Source: Lepidodermella squamata
Taxonomy: Eukaryota; Animalia; Gastrotricha
Direction of reading: 5' to 3'
DNA: 64,000 nucleotides
Assembly: GCA_047495785.1 (NCBI GenBank)
Contig: JBLDXI010000009.1
Location: 806,001-870,000 of the forward strand
The translations under genes were made by a program, and so were the position numbers. Numbering within the stretch: the stretch's first letter is position 1; each line of letters opens with the position of its first letter. The notes beneath the pieces were generated by a model that had not been told where the DNA came from, ran no database searches, and saw nothing but the letters and a program-made list of their open reading frames with translations. This document shows, one piece after another, positions 12,364-24,542 of the stretch.

Positions 12364-13571
12364 GGTTTCAGTTTTCATGCTCGGAATTAGTTGTTGTAGT
12401 CGTGGTCTGCTCGCTGCAGCTACTGCTGTTGCGACATCGTTGTTCTCTCTCGTCACTAGATGAATTGATCAACAAAGCCCGATCGCTAAAAATGGTGTAA
12501 ATCCAGTTCGCAAAATCGATCCTGAATTTGAACAGTCACCGCTAACAGTTGATGAAGTTATTTGGAATGCAAGCTCACCATAACGTCCGGTCTTCCTCCG
12601 TGAATACCTGATTCGACTTGACACAGTCTTCCTCGATCGCCATCAATAAGGACCGAAACATAAGCTTTGGGATTAATAAATGCTGTGAGCACAGCAGCCA
12701 AAAAATGAAGCAACCTTACCCCATACTCATTTTCGTAAATTTCATTTTGCAAATGAGCTGGCATATTGAAGATACGTACGGCTTCGGCTGCAAACAAATA
12801 CTTATTAATGCTTCATTTTGGCTAAGAAAACTTTCAGCTGACCTCTAACAGCGATCGGGTCGTGAGCGTTGTCGACCAAATACCGAATAGAGGAAACGAC
12901 GCGCGGCACATGCTCATTCCGTAGCCAGTCATTTTGTCCCAATTCTTCTGTGCTCACATTCCGAAGATGAACGAAGAGGTCTTTGAAACGAAGATTATCT
13001 GTTAAAAATCTTACAAAGAGAAAAGCGTAAATGCTAACACGCATCAGTAGTGAAATGGATTTTTACAAACCTGACAAAAAATTGTGTCGAATTCTCAGAG
13101 CTATTCGTAATGAAGTTGTTGAACATGATTTTCAAACGACTTTGACTGTGAGGGTCATCCATTCACTCGCGTTAAGTAATCAGCGAAAATGTAAGCCCTT
13201 TATTTTGCGATATAGTAATGTTAGTTTCTTTCGAACCGCGCAAATTCAGAAGCGCATTCGTCTTGTTTACATGAGATTTGGGTCCTGATGAGCTGATGCT
13301 GTATTTTTGTTGACCAAGGACTGTGCGGCTGATGATGGCTGTCGTAAATGAGTCTTCTGTAAGTTATCGACTTTTTGTGTATCCGCTAATTATTGTGCAT
13401 CGCTCGTGTTTTAAGCTACATGAGGTTTTTGTATAAACGACGTGCGGCTTGAACAATATTTTCGCACTGGTTTCAATTTTCATGCTCGGACTTAGTTGTT
13501 GTTGTCGTGTCTGCTCGCTGTAGCTACTCCTTTTGCGACATCGCTGCTCGCTCTCTCTCGTCGCTAGATGA
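12364..13571. repeat. Diverged ~100-bp direct repeat pair bracketing the globin gene (12364-12463 and 13469-13571)
   Basis: GGTTTCAGTTTTCATGCTCGGAATTAGTTGTTGTAGTCG...CGTCACTAGATGA is repeated as GGTTTCAATTTTCATGCTCGGACTTAGTTGTTGTTGTCG...CGTCGCTAGATGA, with substitutions and small indels. Confidence 0.9.
12368..13162 (-). CDS. Single-domain globin, 5 exons, 188 aa
   Basis: Minus-strand exons 13162-13071, 13009-12843, 12787-12720, 12664-12579 and 12521-12368, separated by GT-AG introns of 61, 55, 55 and 57 nt. Product: MDDPHSQSRLKIMFNNFITNSSENSTQFFVRFLTDNLRFKDLFVHLRNVSTEELGQNDWLRNEHVPRVVSSIRYLVDNAHDPIAVRAEAVRIFNMPAHLQNEIYENEYGLMFRSLLMAIEEDCVKSNQVFTEEDRTLWIDFANWIYTIFSDRALLINSSSDEREQRCRNSSSCSEQTTTTTNSEHEN. 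By-eye alignment places CD1 Phe, E7 His, E11 Val, F8 His and H8 Trp, with introns at the ancestral B12.2 and G7.0 positions. Confidence 0.88.
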
Positions 13572-15506
13572 TACCAGACCGATTCTACAACGGCTGATTT
13601 AACCCATCAGCCTTGATAATTGAATTTAAGCCATCATTGAACTTCATTTCAGAATATATGCAAAACTATAAGTGCAAAACTTGAGCTTTACTTTCTTTAA
13701 TATGTGATATAAATAGAGTATAAATAAAATAAATTTACTTTCCTTAATGTTTAATGTGTATTCGCTCTGGCTGTCCGGGTTGAAAACGACAAACGACCGT
13801 TTTGCCCACTGGAGACCGGAAATATCCTGCCATCGTCAAGTTTCACCTCTGCGTTGCATTAATTTTCTAATTTCAATTAATTTCAAGGCTCTTAAATTCC
13901 AAGTCTACGTAAATCACCGAGGAAAATATTATCAACACCGCAGCTCATTTTAATAGTTGTTTAAAAGCGTTCAAAAATTACCCCTAAGCTTCGCTTTTCG
14001 ATGGGGCTATTCGGTCGCAATTAATTTGACAAAAGTATGCGTCGTATCGCGGGTTCCTGAGCGTCTGTAGAATAAGAAGAAATTGCTCGCCAGCTTCGCA
14101 ATAGTCTGTCTATCCGGGTCCAGGTAATTCAACGCAGAACAGTGGTTAAGATGTATTAAACCTTACGTCTGAGCAGAGGTGAGCCCACAGCTTCAGCACT
14201 GCTAACTCCTAGACATCACCCTTTTCACAGAATAAGTCTCAAATGTCGAGGTAATTTTATTCAATTGAAAATTATATCAATTTGGCTGCACAGTTTTTGA
14301 GTACCTATGTCCCATTCTGCTGCTTGAACGAACATTTCACCGAATATATCCCCTTATCCTGCGATAGCCCAAAATGACGGTTTTCGATGTTCGTCGATTC
14401 CACGCAGTCCGAAATGACAGGTGTGCAAAACCACTTTGCTGCCTGTGCGGGTGTGAAGCCAGTTTAGGCTTTCAGGAGTCAAGAGACATAAAAGAGCTAG
14501 AATATTTGATTGGTTCATTCGTTCATTCGTTGGCAAACATTAATATTTTTAATCTAATATTGCATTATAAGATAGAGGCAAAATAACACTTGCCAATCGT
14601 CCGAACATCTTTATTAGCCGAAAATCGGGAAATTTCATGATGCCACCGTAAACAACTCAGTTAATAATAGGTAAGTATAACTACATTTAAATTTAAATTA
14701 TCTTCATGATTCTTTCAGTGAGATTTGGCCCGATCAATATCAACTGAATGGTTAGCTGTATAATACAAGGCACTTATGATAACATTATTTGTTAACATAA
14801 TAATATCTGAAAGTTTCTATTCGAGCGTGAATCATTTAACATCAAAAACGAATTTCCATCACAGGTTATTCGGCACGAAGACTCGTTAATATAAATTTTT
14901 GAATCAGATTTCAAGATCAAATAAAAAAGGCCAAACTTCTGCGCGAAACAGCAGCATGAGAGCAATTCTATTATACTAAAAAAGAAACATAGATGAATTT
15001 TGCCATCACAAAGTTAAGATTTACGATTATATGAAAATAGAAAGCTGAAAAATCAACAAATAGGTGGGGAAATATATCACATCTTCGTTTCCATGCCGTT
15101 TGATATCGACAAAAATACCTTATAATGCTGCAAATACTGACCCATGCTCATTTAGTAGCCCAGCTCATCAACTCAGGTTCTTTAGTTTCATAACCCCTAT
15201 GGTAGCGAGTTTGAATATTTTCGGGGTATCTAGGCACTCATCTACGCATCTTATACACACAGCCTAAATTCGACTTCTGGGGTGATTTTCGATATTTTGG
15301 TTGTGCAAGCCCACTCTCTAATGGGACAGAACGATGATTTCAGACCTTCCAATTAGGCATTAGCCCAGGTCAGTTAGCATTTGCAGTATTACGGTAATAT
15401 CGGAGTATCTCAAAAAATATCAGCGATTATTGAGAAGATGAAAGAGCTTATAGATACATCAGTAGGTATAGAGTAACCACAGAATCTCAAATTGACTGCA
15501 ACATAA

Positions 15507-17864
15507 TCAATTATCAAGTTTACTGCCAGATTCAGCCGACATTGCCCGTTGAGGAATCGGCGACGAACTGTTCACCTTAATCGTTCTGACAGTGAGGTCG
15601 CCCGTTGCCTCGCTTGAATGCGACAGCTGCTCGTCATTATTGCCGGGATAGTCGGTACCGTAGCTGTCTCTGAATGACGGCCGAAAAGAGTTTTGTCCAG
15701 CATCGTTTTGAATACGCGATTGAGCGCTCTCTGTTCCCGCATCGGTGGATGGCACAGTAAAAACGGTGCTGGCTCGATACTTGAGTTTGGGCGAAGAGTT
15801 ACCACCGAGAAATCGTTTCATCGTTGAAATTGTAAAGCCTGAAACAAATTTCATCCATATAGACATATAAAAAAAATCAGTCTTCGTGAAAAAACCTTTG
15901 TTGCTAGTTGGTAAATTGCTGACAAATAGCGGAACATTCTGCTGTGTTTTCGTTGGGACGCGCGCGTCACTTTCTGCCGAATTTGTTAGCACCGGGTGAA
16001 TAATTGAAGCGCTGGCTGGAGAGGTGATAGTCGTCGCATTTATCCCACTATGAGCCATGTCCAGCGGCAGAGAAAGCATTTCCACGGTCGAACGTGGCGC
16101 CGTGTTTTGCGGCTTCGCCGTCGGGCTATCTTCTATTCCACTGTCATGACCATCGATAGCGCCGACTCTGAGGCCGTTTTCGCCAAAGCCCTGTAGCAGG
16201 TTTTTTGTAGAATTTATACTCGACGCCATTGCATCGTTCTCCGCGAGCAGATTGTCCGGGTCGCTCCCTGTTTTTCCGGCGTCAGCTGAACCCAAATAAC
16301 CGTTTTCAACAACGGCAAACACGTCATTCGAATCGCTATTAGCTGATACGGGACGGCTAGCAGGACAGTGATTAACAAGAATACCATCTGATGCGTAGAA
16401 AAGGCCATCAGCAGTCGCCATCAAAATTGGCGTCCCCAACCGAGATGGGGGTCGGTTTTCGTCATCAGTTCGGTCGGTTTTCGGCGTTGAAGCTGTTGAT
16501 GGTAAGGTATTGGAATTTGCGTCAGTATTTTGGCGACGGGAGCTCATTCGATGCCTACTACGAGCCTGGTTGGCTCTCTGACGGTTTCGGTGGACAGTTG
16601 TTGCTTCGATAAATGTTTGTGAACGTATGGTCTCCGCGGCCGAAGAGATGTCCTCATCTTCGATCGAAAACGGCCTGTTCCGCCTTTGAAGCCATCGCGA
16701 TTTCGCAACAATGTGCTTAAGCCGGCTCCATACCGATCGATACAGCGCAAACGTTAAAATGGGCGTCAAAATTGACGGCAGGAAGTTCAAAAACTGAACA
16801 GTAGTTTGAAACTCTTTGGGGAACAGTTCATCGTAATGGTCAGATTGAGCGTCGTTTGTCGTTGAATTGAGAGCAGAATCATTCGTCTTTTTGATCAGGG
16901 ATTGTGTGAGAACGTCGGAGTTATTATTCGACGTACTGTTATGTAGATTGAATGATACACGAGTGGGAGCTGCGGTCGTAAAATTAAGCCTTGGTTCAGG
17001 GGAACCATTGCCGTTCGGATAATCTTTCGACAAAATGATATCAGATGTCAACGTGACAAACAACGGCGTTTGGCAAAGCAACCATACAAGATAAAGCACA
17101 GAGACATAAGCTGCGACCTCAAAATCCGTCATAGGGCGATAACTGCTCTTGCTTTTCAAGCGCTTTCTAATGACATTTCTGTTCTCGACATTGGAATAGT
17201 CAGCGTTTTGATTTTGACAAGTTCCAACATCTTCTATCACGCTGACCATCGGTTCTTGTACGATGTACTTTTTAAGTATCATCAGCAAGAATACTGAAGT
17301 GAAGGCGATTGGAATCGCATAACCGAAAGTAACCATTATTATGGCGTAGCTCTCAGGTGTCTCAGAGGCAATTAGACAGGAGAAATGGTTTCTACGGTAA
17401 AAAGTAGGTGTCACGCCAGTTAGCATTGATATGTAAACAGCCGATGCGTGAACCCAACAGTATATGACCATGCACCAAGCACGTTCTCTTGTGACCCTAT
17501 CTGGATAGTTTATGGGCGAATAGATGGCAACCATCCTATCCAAAGCCATCATAGACGTCAATACTATTCGGGCTGTAGGAATCAACGAATTGAAAAACGC
17601 GTGATATCGGCAAAGATGAATGCCAGGTTCATTTTCCAGTGGCCACTTGTTCAGGAATGCCGCGGAAGTCGTCAGGGTCATATTGCAAATGGAATCTACC
17701 CATGATATTATTGCTTGACCCAGCATTAAAACATTAAATGCAGGAAGACGAGTGCGCTTTTTGTACGTCAGCGCGAATACCACGAGAAAATTTGACAAGA
17801 AGGACGTGACAGTCAAGACCAAACCGATGGAAAACAGCGTTGAGCTTTCCCATGAAGTAACCAT
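15507..17864 (-). CDS. Rhodopsin-family orphan GPCR, GPR161-like
   Basis: Seven hydrophobic segments, WP..C at the start of TM3, and an ECL2 Cys. ALDRMVAIYSPINYPDRVTRERAWCMVIYCWVH resembles recalled GPR161 [33 protein letters not shown]. There is a long Ser/Thr-rich C-tail and a probable 57-nt stop-free intron at 15839-15895. The GPCR call is firm; orthology to GPR161 is tentative. Confidence 0.85.
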   Translation of the reverse strand: MVTSWESSTLFSIGLVLTVTSFLSNFLVVFALTYKKRTRLPAFNVLMLGQAIISWVDSICNMTLTTSAAFLNKWPLENEPGIHLCRYHAFFNSLIPTARIVLTSMMALDRMVAIYSPINYPDRVTRERAWCMVIYCWVHASAVYISMLTGVTPTFYRRNHFSCLIASETPESYAIIMVTFGYAIPIAFTSVFLLMILKKYIVQEPMVSVIEDVGTCQNQNADYSNVENRNVIRKRLKSKSSYRPMTDFEVAAYVSVLYLVWLLCQTPLFVTLTSDIILSKDYPNGNGSPEPRLNFTTAAPTRVSFNLHNSTSNNNSDVLTQSLIKKTNDSALNSTTNDAQSDHYDELFPKEFQTTVQFLNFLPSILTPILTFALYRSVWSRLKHIVAKSRWLQRRNRPFSIEDEDISSAAETIRSQTFIEATTVHRNRQRANQARSRHRMSSRRQNTDANSNTLPSTASTPKTDRTDDENRPPSRLGTPILMATADGLFYASDGILVNHCPASRPVSANSDSNDVFAVVENGYLGSADAGKTGSDPDNLLAENDAMASSINSTKNLLQGFGENGLRVGAIDGHDSGIEDSPTAKPQNTAPRSTVEMLSLPLDMAHSGINATTITSPASASIIHPVLTNSAESDARVPTKTQQNVPLFVSNLPTSNKGFFTKTDFFYMSIWMKFVSGFTISTMKRFLGGNSSPKLKYRASTVFTVPSTDAGTESAQSRIQNDAGQNSFRPSFRDSYGTDYPGNNDEQLSHSSEATGDLTVRTIKVNSSSPIPQRAMSAESGSKLDN

Positions 17865-20364
17865 TTTTCAAGTCACATCTGTTAACAAAGAAACAAAATC
17901 TTAATCATATAAAATCAACGCGAGTTTAAGAGGCTTTTGGATAAATAAAATGACCAAGAACCCTTTCTCAGGACGTCTTAGCATCGTGTAATTTTGGGCT
18001 TTGAGAATTTATGGGCCAGGCATATACATTAACGCAGAGGCTGAAAATGGGCTGTTTTATCGATTTGGTCTTTCTTCATTCCCCTAAAACAATAGATGAT
18101 AAAATAATTTCCACAGAGACACTCCACTCAAAGTTTCAATTCAACGTAGCAAATGTGCTTGATTAATGGATAGCTGAATTGATGGACCTATAAGCCCAGT
18201 CGCCAGTTACCCGACGTTATACTTGGGCATCATTGTGAGGGTTGAACTTTGGGAAGCAAATCACCGAGTTGATGATAGTTTATACGGGTCGATGGCGCAA
18301 TGACGGAGACTAGGAACTAATTAGCAACTACCTGCCGATGTATTCTTTCTCAGCTATTTGAAACTTTTGAACGCTTCCTGGACATCCAGATTAAACAGTA
18401 CATTCACGAATCCAAGTTTCTACTGCGATGATCAGTTGAGCGAGCTGCTGATTTGGGGTGGCCGCGCATGGGTTTGCGTGAAAGCGTTTGTAGAAACTAA
18501 AAATTAATTATCAATAATAACAATTATTTAAAATAATGTTTTAAAAATTGTACACAAATTAATACAACTTGAAGATGAAATGAATGAACTCAATTTTTTT
18601 CAAATTTTTGAGCACCAGTTTTTTAGTCGTTTTATTTTACAGTCCTCCTCTCGTTTCTCGGATCGATGGAGCCAAGTTTGCAAATGTGTAGGTGGAGCGC
18701 TGTTCAATTTTCTAGACTTTTGACGTCATACCTGACCCCATGCCGAGTAATACTCTCAATGTTGACCGGTCAGGCATGGCCACTATAATAGCAAATAAAC
18801 GGTGATCGAAATCCAAAAAGGGATTAGACATCCCAAGCTCCAAGAATCTGCCAGTTGGAAATCATTGTTTGGATATTAAATGTATGGAAATTGGCCATAC
18901 ATTTTATTTTATAATTTACTGGGGGCTAGAAGCTTCTTCGGTTTTATTGCCACGCCTGTTTGGTCATTCATGGTATAAGCATGCTAATGTTTAAGTATTG
19001 CCGGTAGATTGAAGCGTCGACACTTTGGAATTTGGTTTAAAAAATTAGGGGAAAAGAAAAAACATTTTATTGGCCAAAATTAGGTTAGAGCAGGCTCGCA
19101 ACAGGTGAAAGCATATGACTAATATGCAGTTTTTTGTCTTAATTTAGCTGTTCTACAGAAAATGTCAAGTAGGCGACTCTATCAGGGTCGGCCGATTCTG
19201 AGAAGCTGAATAGGCTCGTGAGCTCATCGAAGCCATTTCGGGTACTGGAGCGGAATGGTAGCATCTGATCGGCCGTTTGACCCCACTCCCCATTTCAGGA
19301 GCCAGAACCGACTTTCCCTTCCGAGTGTAGCGGCTGATCACATACCATCATACTTGACACATGCCTGGTCGTTTAAACTGGGCGGGTTTAAAGAAAGAGT
19401 CGCACCGCATCGCTAGTAGTGCTATCGTTATTGTTAGTGGCAGTTGACTGAAGTATATTTCTGCGGCATTTTCAGCCCATGTGGCCCGAAGAACGGATGG
19501 TCAGAGGAGCGGCAGGCCGAGATAGATTCGACAGTCTTCATATCTTCAGTCAGTAGAAGTTGACGTTGGAGAAGCTTAGTCTTGATGTGGGCAGCGCACT
19601 CGAGGCGAGCAACGATGTTCAATATAATTTTTCTTATTAGATAGATCATAGCTCTATTTTTATAATTTATTTTTGTATCTTATTGTGCCTTTTCTGCGCC
19701 TAACACTGTATTATCGGTCTAACTCATCAACCCAAGCCCTGTCAAATCACCAGAATTGGTGTCAGGGTCTAACATATATCCATCCATCCAGCAGCTTTTC
19801 GGGACACCAGGTTCCGAGTAGAGTCGCCCATCCACATCATTGCCGTGTAAACACTTCCCGTATGCTATCAGAGTCGGCCTCTTTCACTAGGAAATAGTGG
19901 CGGAGACAGGCTACTTGGTTGCGACTTTTGGAAGCAGCAGGCTGAAGTCGCGCAGCAGAAGGTCGTGCTTCGTCGGTTGAGGAAGGCCAAGACACTTATT
20001 GACGAAGCGTGCATGGTGCCGGAGGCCCTTGCAACTGGCGAATTAAATCCCCAAGCTCTATCGAAAATCTATTTCCATGAAATAACTTGAAAACACATTT
20101 TTCCCGTGGGGGAGTGGCTGCTAGTTGTAATGCTTTTTCACTGTTGATGAGAGCTACATTTTGACACCAACATCAAATCGATAGGAGAATATAAAAAAAC
20201 CTTTAAAATTTGACCGACGCCAGCTAAGAAAGAACTCAGAAAGATAGAGAGAGGAAAGAATTGTTAATTTTTCTTTAAAGATAAGTATTTCATAATATAA
20301 TATATAGTTACTCAAGTATACAGTGAAAACAATCTTTTTTAGAGCGTTATTCACTGATACTGGA

Positions 20365-22318
20365 ATGCTGTGGATCAGTCGATTGCAGGACGCCGCTGGC
20401 AAGCCAGAGAATACAATTCCAGTTGGTTTCAAACAAATAGCCTATGGAACAGCTGGATTTCGCGACAAAGGCACCATCTTACACCATGTGGTTTTTCGTA
20501 TGGGTGTGCTTGCCGCAGTCAGGTCTCAGTATCTGGGCAAAGCTGTTGGTGTGATGATTACGGCGAGGTAAAATTTTATATGGCGTTGCGGCGCGTTGCT
20601 CATGATTATTATTTTTGACATCGCTTCGATAGCCACAATCCAGCTGAGGACAATGGCGTGAAAATAGTGGACTCAGATGGTGAAATGCTAGCTGCTGATT
20701 GGGAACCTCTGGCAACTATGTTGGCAAATTCCGCCGACATCGCCGAGGCGGTCACTAAAATTGTCCAAGATCTGAAAGTCGGTTTTGCTGAAGTCAGCAA
20801 AAGTTACCCTTTGGTTGTAATTGGACGTGATACTCGTCCGACCAGCATTGACTTGTGGAAAGCTGCAATCGACGGTATAACAGCCATGAGATTTCCGTTT
20901 ATCGGTACGCAATAATATAATCAAGGTATTTGTGTGTAGCTTTTTTCAATATATAGACTGTGGAATTGTAACGACTCCTCAACTTCATTTTGTCGTTCAA
21001 AAGCTAAATAGCGATTACGCCCGTGATGGCTTCAATCCATCAAACATTTCCCTCGATGACATGCCATCTCTTTACCTTAATCGATATTTCGAAGAGATAT
21101 GTGAGGCATACCGGGAATACATCGAAATAGCGAAAGACAAGCCAAAGTCTTTGGAGAGGCTAGTTGTCGACTGTGCCAACGGCGTGGGAACCTTTGCTCT
21201 CCGAAGCGTAGCGGCAAGGCTGTCTCAAGTTGCCCCTATTGTTCCTGTCAATGTCGAACATGAATGTTGTGAGAAGTTGAATTTTCAATGCGGTGCTGAT
21301 TACGTGAAAGTTCAACAAAAACCTGCTGGCGGTATGTTGGCGCTGTGGTTTTTAGCCTAGCTCGTTACTACGACCTTTGATATTCCTAGGTGTTGATTTT
21401 GCTCCGGGAATACGATTCGCCTCATTCGATGGTGATGCAGATCGCCTTGTTTATTTTTATCAAGATAAAACTTCCAAACAGTTTCGATTGTTGGATGGCG
21501 ACAAAATAGCAACTTTGATGGCTGCCCACTTGGGTGAGCTGCTGAGTCGCGCTGACCTGCGAAGCGTACTGTCCGTCGGTCTCGTCCAGACAGCGTATGC
21601 CAACGGCAGTTCTACCAGCTATATCTGCGAGCAACTTAAAGTTCCAGTTGTATGCGTACCTACGGGCGTTAAATATTTACACAAGGCCGCCCACAAGTTC
21701 GACATCGGGATTTATTTTGAAGCCAACGGCCATGGAACTGTTTTATTCAGTGAACGAGCTTGCTCGGTGCTGTCGGAACGATGCAAGAAGCTCACGGACG
21801 AAAACATTGATGAAATGTCGATTGCCTTGAGAAAACTCGACGCCTTGCGTCGCATTATCAACCCTGCTGTTGGCGATGCTTTGAGCGATCTTCTCGCGGT
21901 CGAAGCAATTTTACACGACCGCAACTGGAATGCGGAAGAGTGGAACAAGTGTTATACCGATTTGCCTAGCCGCCAGCTCAAGGTTACGGTTAAAAATCGG
22001 GCTGATATTACGACCGAAGACGCCGAAAGACGCTGCGTGAAACCTTCTGGTCTTCAGCCAGCAATTGATGAACTTGTCAAGAAAGTAAGGCTGGGTCGAG
22101 CTTTTGTTCGTCCTTCGGGAACTGAAGACATCGTACGAATGTGAGCATTCTGCTTATTTATCTTAATTATCCAAAACATGTTTATTGTCATCAGTTATGC
22201 CGAAGCTGATACTCAGGCTGCTGCCGACTGGCTTGCTTACGACGTTGCAATGGCTGCCTACACGAATGCTGGCGGAGTGCCACCGGAACCGATTAAACCT
22301 ACCTGCGAACGTATTTAA
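20365..22318 (+). CDS. PGM3: Phosphoacetylglucosamine mutase, ~574 aa
   Basis: Exons 20365-20567, 20633-20904, 20957-21331, 21390-22140 and 22195-22318. Motifs: YGTAGFR, MITASHNPAEDNGVK (catalytic Ser), TTPQLH, DCANGVG, SFDGDADR, FEANGHGT, RPSGTEDIVRIYAEA. Confidence 0.95.
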
Positions 22319-22601
22319 CTTGCTGAACATGACAGTCGTGTTGTGTATCTTAATCTACACTTGCAATCTTCAACTTTGGGTTGTGATACATATATAAATT
22401 AACCTAAAACTTCCAGCGTGATTTGGCGTCTCTAGTTTTGTCAAAACTAACCCGATGAAAGCTTACACAGGTGATATGGCTACTGATTTCTAATTTATTA
22501 AAAAAATTTGGTAACTCAATGGGCGCTGGAAATATCTGGAAATAAAGTACTTTGACTAGTTTTTTTGATCTGTTGTTAGACCGAAGTTATTAAAGTGAAA
22601 A

Positions 22602-24274
22602 ATGGCTGTATCTCCTAAAGAGTTGACCTCACTGTTGCATATTCTGTCGGAGGAAAATGTTAAAGTCAATTCATTCGAGGCTTTGTCATCCAGCTTTCAG
22701 TCATCTGTCGCAAAAAATGACAACTTCAAGATAGGCTGCTGCCTTGTTCATCTACTGCAGCTTCCCGACTTGTTGCCATTTGCACCTCAAAAATTGGCCG
22801 CAATATTTCTCCTTTACGATATGTATAAAAACGAAATGCTGTCGCTCAATCCCTTCGCACCTATTTTTATACATCTTCTCAGCCCTGCCGAAACATCGAG
22901 CATAGGTAAGATGAGATTTACGCTAATAATGTAGTTGACTAATATTATGTCGTTGTTGATTTAGGTCAAGCCACCGGATTCCGGGCGCTGCCGCGGCTGA
23001 GCCCTGGGGAAAGAAATTTTCTATACAGCCTAATTAGTGGCTCGTTAGTGAAAGAGGTTCTTAAGAAAACTCCGGCTCAAATAATTCAAACTGAAGTGAC
23101 AAATGTGCCTCCAGTTGACATCAGCGAACTTCAGCTTGCCTTGGCCGGCCATTACTCTGAACTTCCCATGGTCAGCAGGTGCGCTGTTCCTAGCATCGTA
23201 CCTGACCCTGATAGAAGACCAACGTTGTTGGAGAATGGTGGTGACGTTACTTCGGTGCTTGTCGAAGTGCAACGAAAAGTCATTGAGGAAATGTGCTGTG
23301 GAGCAAATCCGCTGAGCATGCGCGCCCTTCGACCACAATTCATGCGAATTGCGCCTCCGCCGTTTTATTCAGACACTGACCTCATTTTCATCGGTCCACC
23401 AGTTGACCAGCACGAATTCACACTCGATGCTAGCATGTGTTCTGATGAGCGGAACCGCGAGGCTGAAAACAAACGACTTCTCGCTCGAGCTGTGCGGGAA
23501 CCTCTACCCGCTCCCACAGTGGAGCAGTTGGTCGAAGAACTGAATAAATCGCCACACCTCGTGCAAGCCTTCGGAATGACGCCTGCGAAGCTACCTAATC
23601 TCATTCAATCGAACCCGTTGTTAGCTATTGAGTTTATGAAGAAAATGGTCGACTCGCCGCAAATCACGGAATACTTCAACATTCTATTTAACATGGAAAT
23701 GTCGCTTCAAAGTTTAGATGTAAGTTTACCACATAATTTCTGGTTGCGATGCTGATTAGCTGGTAAACATTCTTCTCTTATAAGTTTGTTATCTATAATT
23801 TCTCATTAGATTGAATTTATGCGAATTTATATATACTTATATTAGTTGGCTGGTGATGGTCCCAATACATTTATCGTTTCAATTATTTACTACCAGGTTG
23901 TTAACCGGCTGACAGGAGACATGTCGCTGCCTAGCGAATTCCTGCACATGTATATATCCAACTGCATTTCAACTTGCGAAACTATCGCTGACAAGTCATT
24001 GCAAAACCGATACGTCCGGTTGGTATGCGTGTTCCTGCAATCTCTGATCCGCAATAAAGCAATCGACGTGCGGGAAATTTTTATTGACGTGCAAGCTTTC
24101 TGCATCGAGTTTTCACGGATTAGAGAAGCCGCCATGCTCTTCCGCCTGTTGAAGTCGCTAGGCAATGAAAGTTCAATGTCGGCGATTGCGAACTCGGCAG
24201 TGGGGGATCTTTCTGCTGGAGATATAGGTGCCGTCGGCGCTGAGGGCCTTCAGTCGTCGAGCTCAGAATCTTAA
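22602..24274 (+). CDS. CNOT11: CCR4-NOT transcription complex subunit 11, ~478 aa
   Basis: Exons 22602-22905, 22965-23719 and 23897-24274. Motifs: [11 protein letters not shown]...[47 protein letters not shown]...[15 protein letters not shown]...[14 protein letters not shown]...[19 protein letters not shown]. Confidence 0.93.
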
Positions 24275-24542
24275 TAAGACTCTTCAATTCTGTGTTTGTT
24301 TTATGTGTATGTGGACTTCGAGTCATGCTTATACCACTATTCGTATTGTATGTGTATTCCGTGTTGTAATGTGTCTGACCATACTAAATAGTCCGAAAAC
24401 CTGGACTTGGTAATGCAGATTACTATCGCTCTGAGTAAAAATCGACAGAGAAAATATCACAAACAACTGCCATGTTTTCATTTACCAAGTCTTAGACATT
24501 TAAAACCCTTATGCGACCAGATTGGAACCTGCTGATTCCCTA

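Noticed and set aside
13280-13345. CTGATGA motifs suggesting a hammerhead ribozyme or snoRNA
   Set aside because: No correctly placed GAAA core or closing stems.
15060-15320. Possible MITE downstream of the GPCR
   Set aside because: No convincing TIR pair or TSD found.
19434-20040. Short ORFs and GC-rich patches upstream of PGM3
   Set aside because: No motif or splice-consistent model; probably old repeat debris.
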